DNA from: Clostridia bacterium
GTDB taxonomy: Bacteria > Bacillota > Clostridia > Christensenellales > RUG350
Assembly: GCA_045538365.1 (NCBI GenBank)
Contig: JAZSRG010000105.1
Span: 1 to 43,039, forward strand
Reading direction: 5' to 3'
DNA: 43,039 bases
Below the pieces are notes generated by a model. It saw nothing but the letters and a program-made list of their open reading frames with translations, ran no database searches and was not told the origin of the DNA. Shown here one piece after another: positions 41,775-43,039 of the stretch. A program made the position numbers and the translations under genes. Positions within the stretch are counted from its first letter, which is position 1. Each line of letters opens with the position of its first letter.

Positions 41775-42739
41775 TAGATAATATAGAAAGATTTATCGGG
41801 GAGTTTTTTAAGTCCCATAGCGAGTAAAAAGCCTTCGATTTCCGTAATATGGTCTTTTGCGCGCAAAGAATTTACGTTAGAGCGGAACACGATACTTGAA
41901 GTTAAGTTTTGCGCGGTTGCTACAACGCTTCCTTTTTCAGTCAAGAGCGCGTCGGCTTTTTCAGCGTTTGAGAGTACTAAACGGTTGTTGCGGTTTAGCG
42001 CGTCAATCAAGTCTTGTACGACGTCAAGGTCTTCGTAAACCTTTTTGGTTATAACCATACTTGCTTGCGGATAACCTTTTTTGTCAAGTCCGCTAATCTT
42101 TTGCCACTCTTCTTGGAAATCTAAAATTTCCACGCAAGGAGAGCCTATAACTTGGCTTGCGGCGGGCTCGCCGAGTACGCCGAATTTGGCTTTTTTAGAT
42201 TTAAGCAAGGGGATAAAGTTCTTTGCGTCCCCGTAGTACTTAATATTTACTTTGTCGCTCTCGGGCGTTTCAAGGTTTTCCGTGTATTCGATATCGTTGT
42301 AATTTAAAATGCTTCTAAACAAAATACCGGGTACGTCGTTTTGACCTATGCAACAAACGGTTTCCCCTTTGAGCGCGTTTAAATCGTCAATTTGATTGCC
42401 AACTAAATACAAAAGTCCCCAAGTTTGAACGGAGAGCATTTTGATGTCAAGTCCGCCGTTGTATAACGCTGCGCAAGCGTTGGTGGGGAGCACGGCTATA
42501 TCGGCTTTTCCCCCGGACAAGGCAGTTTTAACTTCTGCGCCCGTGCCTATTTTAACGTCCACCTTTTTGCCACCCAAAGTAAAATCTTTTTCCATAAGCA
42601 AAGCAACGGAAAGCGCGGGCGCGCCGTCCGGTACGTACACCGTTAAAGTTTCGTCCGCTTTAGGGCTACAAGCCGTTAATGAAAAAAGGCAAGTAAATAC
42701 GAAAACTAATGAAAGTATAATGCAAATAGTTCTTTTCAT
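41774..42739 (-). CDS. ABC transporter substrate-binding lipoprotein (NMT1/THI5-like, SsuA/TauA-type)
   Basis: Lipobox 'SLTAC'. 'VYVPDGAPALSVALL', 'ADIAVLPTN' and 'FGVLGEPA' are typical of the NMT1-like periplasmic binding fold. Confidence 0.75.
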   Translation of the reverse strand: MKRTICIILSLVFVFTCLFSLTACSPKADETLTVYVPDGAPALSVALLMEKDFTLGGKKVDVKIGTGAEVKTALSGGKADIAVLPTNACAALYNGGLDIKMLSVQTWGLLYLVGNQIDDLNALKGETVCCIGQNDVPGILFRSILNYNDIEYTENLETPESDKVNIKYYGDAKNFIPLLKSKKAKFGVLGEPAASQVIGSPCVEILDFQEEWQKISGLDKKGYPQASMVITKKVYEDLDVVQDLIDALNRNNRLVLSNAEKADALLTEKGSVVATAQNLTSSIVFRSNVNSLRAKDHITEIEGFLLAMGLKKLPDKSFYII

Positions 42740-42758
42740 AATATATACTCCTTAAAAA

Positions 42759-43007
42759 TTATTTCACGAGAGATTTGACGGACACACCGCTAATGCGCCC
42801 GAGTTTGCCTGTCAAAGCGGAGAAATCTTCCACTTTGCCTTTAACTATTACGCTTATAGCGGACAATCCCATGTCTTGAACGGGAACACCCGTACGAGCC
42901 ACGATATTTTTGCTAAAAGCGGATAAAATTTCTTGAATTTTAAGGGCGGTTTCTCCCCCGACCTTATTTTCTTCGACTATAATACCTATAATACCTATTC
43001 TTTCCAT
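42759..43007 (-). CDS. TM1266-family small regulator-like protein (annotated family: putative iron-only hydrogenase system regulator)
   Basis: 'IGIIGIIVEE......IQEILS.F...I..R.GVPV.....SAISVIV.G......ALTGKLGRISGVSVKS' is collinear with the TM1266 family as I recall it. AGGAG lies 5 nt before the ATG at 43007. Confidence 0.65.
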   Translation of the reverse strand: MERIGIIGIIVEENKVGGETALKIQEILSAFSKNIVARTGVPVQDMGLSAISVIVKGKVEDFSALTGKLGRISGVSVKSLVK

Positions 43008-43039
43008 TTTTTCTCCTAAAAACAAAAAATCCTATCTTT

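Noticed and set aside
1-43039. Mobile element, prophage, defence island or toxin-antitoxin content
   Set aside because: I recognised no integrase, transposase, recombinase, reverse transcriptase, nuclease/helicase defence genes, terminal inverted repeats or tRNA attachment sites. The lone XRE gene has no adjacent toxin-sized partner.

Overview
This looks like a chromosomal window from a moderately AT-rich, Bacillota/Clostridia-like genome. It shows Shine-Dalgarno RBSs, near-consensus TTGACA-17-TATAAT promoters, lipoboxes and Rho-independent hairpin terminators. I support 37 CDSs. I saw no rRNA, tRNA, CRISPR array, integrase, transposase or prophage signature. Most genes are housekeeping or metabolic. 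On the + strand early in the window: a 5'-truncated M20 amidohydrolase, cysK-like, a small XRE regulator, a TIM-barrel sugar-phosphate isomerase/epimerase and an acyl-ACP thioesterase. An AEC transporter lies on the - strand. A translationally coupled eutH-like/GDPD/HAD/HAD/cytidylate-kinase-like operon follows, then a GH29 fucosidase and a large ferritin-like protein. On the - strand: a glycine-riboswitch-controlled alanine/glycine:cation symporter, a MATE exporter, an LRR-like orphan and ispDF. A solitary rhaA follows. Later come ktrBA, glcK, rlmD-like, a membrane GDPD, a nadA-nadB-nadC-niaR-HD operon and an ABC transporter (SBP plus permease) behind a TM1266-family regulator. Three parts stand out. 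(1) At 18.5-28.1 kb, three independently promoted surface-protein genes sit behind a long AT-rich region. They encode a 1051-aa signal-peptide plus C-terminal-TM acidic Ala-rich helical-repeat protein with strong codon bias, and two paralogous lipoproteins (Big_2 / Listeria-Bacteroides repeat / BspA-type LRR). The two lipoproteins share a ~480-aa C-terminal domain I cannot place in a named family. Decaying tandem 'hairpin+spacer' repeats lie between the genes. (2) At 38.3-40.9 kb there is an operon of an M24/creatinase-like protein with substituted metal ligands, an ASRT-family (sensory rhodopsin transducer-like) protein and a CE4-like deacetylase. (3) Two promoters, at 18560-18588 (+) and 40876-40904 (-), carry the identical 11-nt GC-rich alternating purine/pyrimidine core CGCGTGCGCGT in the same register of their 17-bp spacers. 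All functional calls rest on motif recognition by eye. No database search was run.
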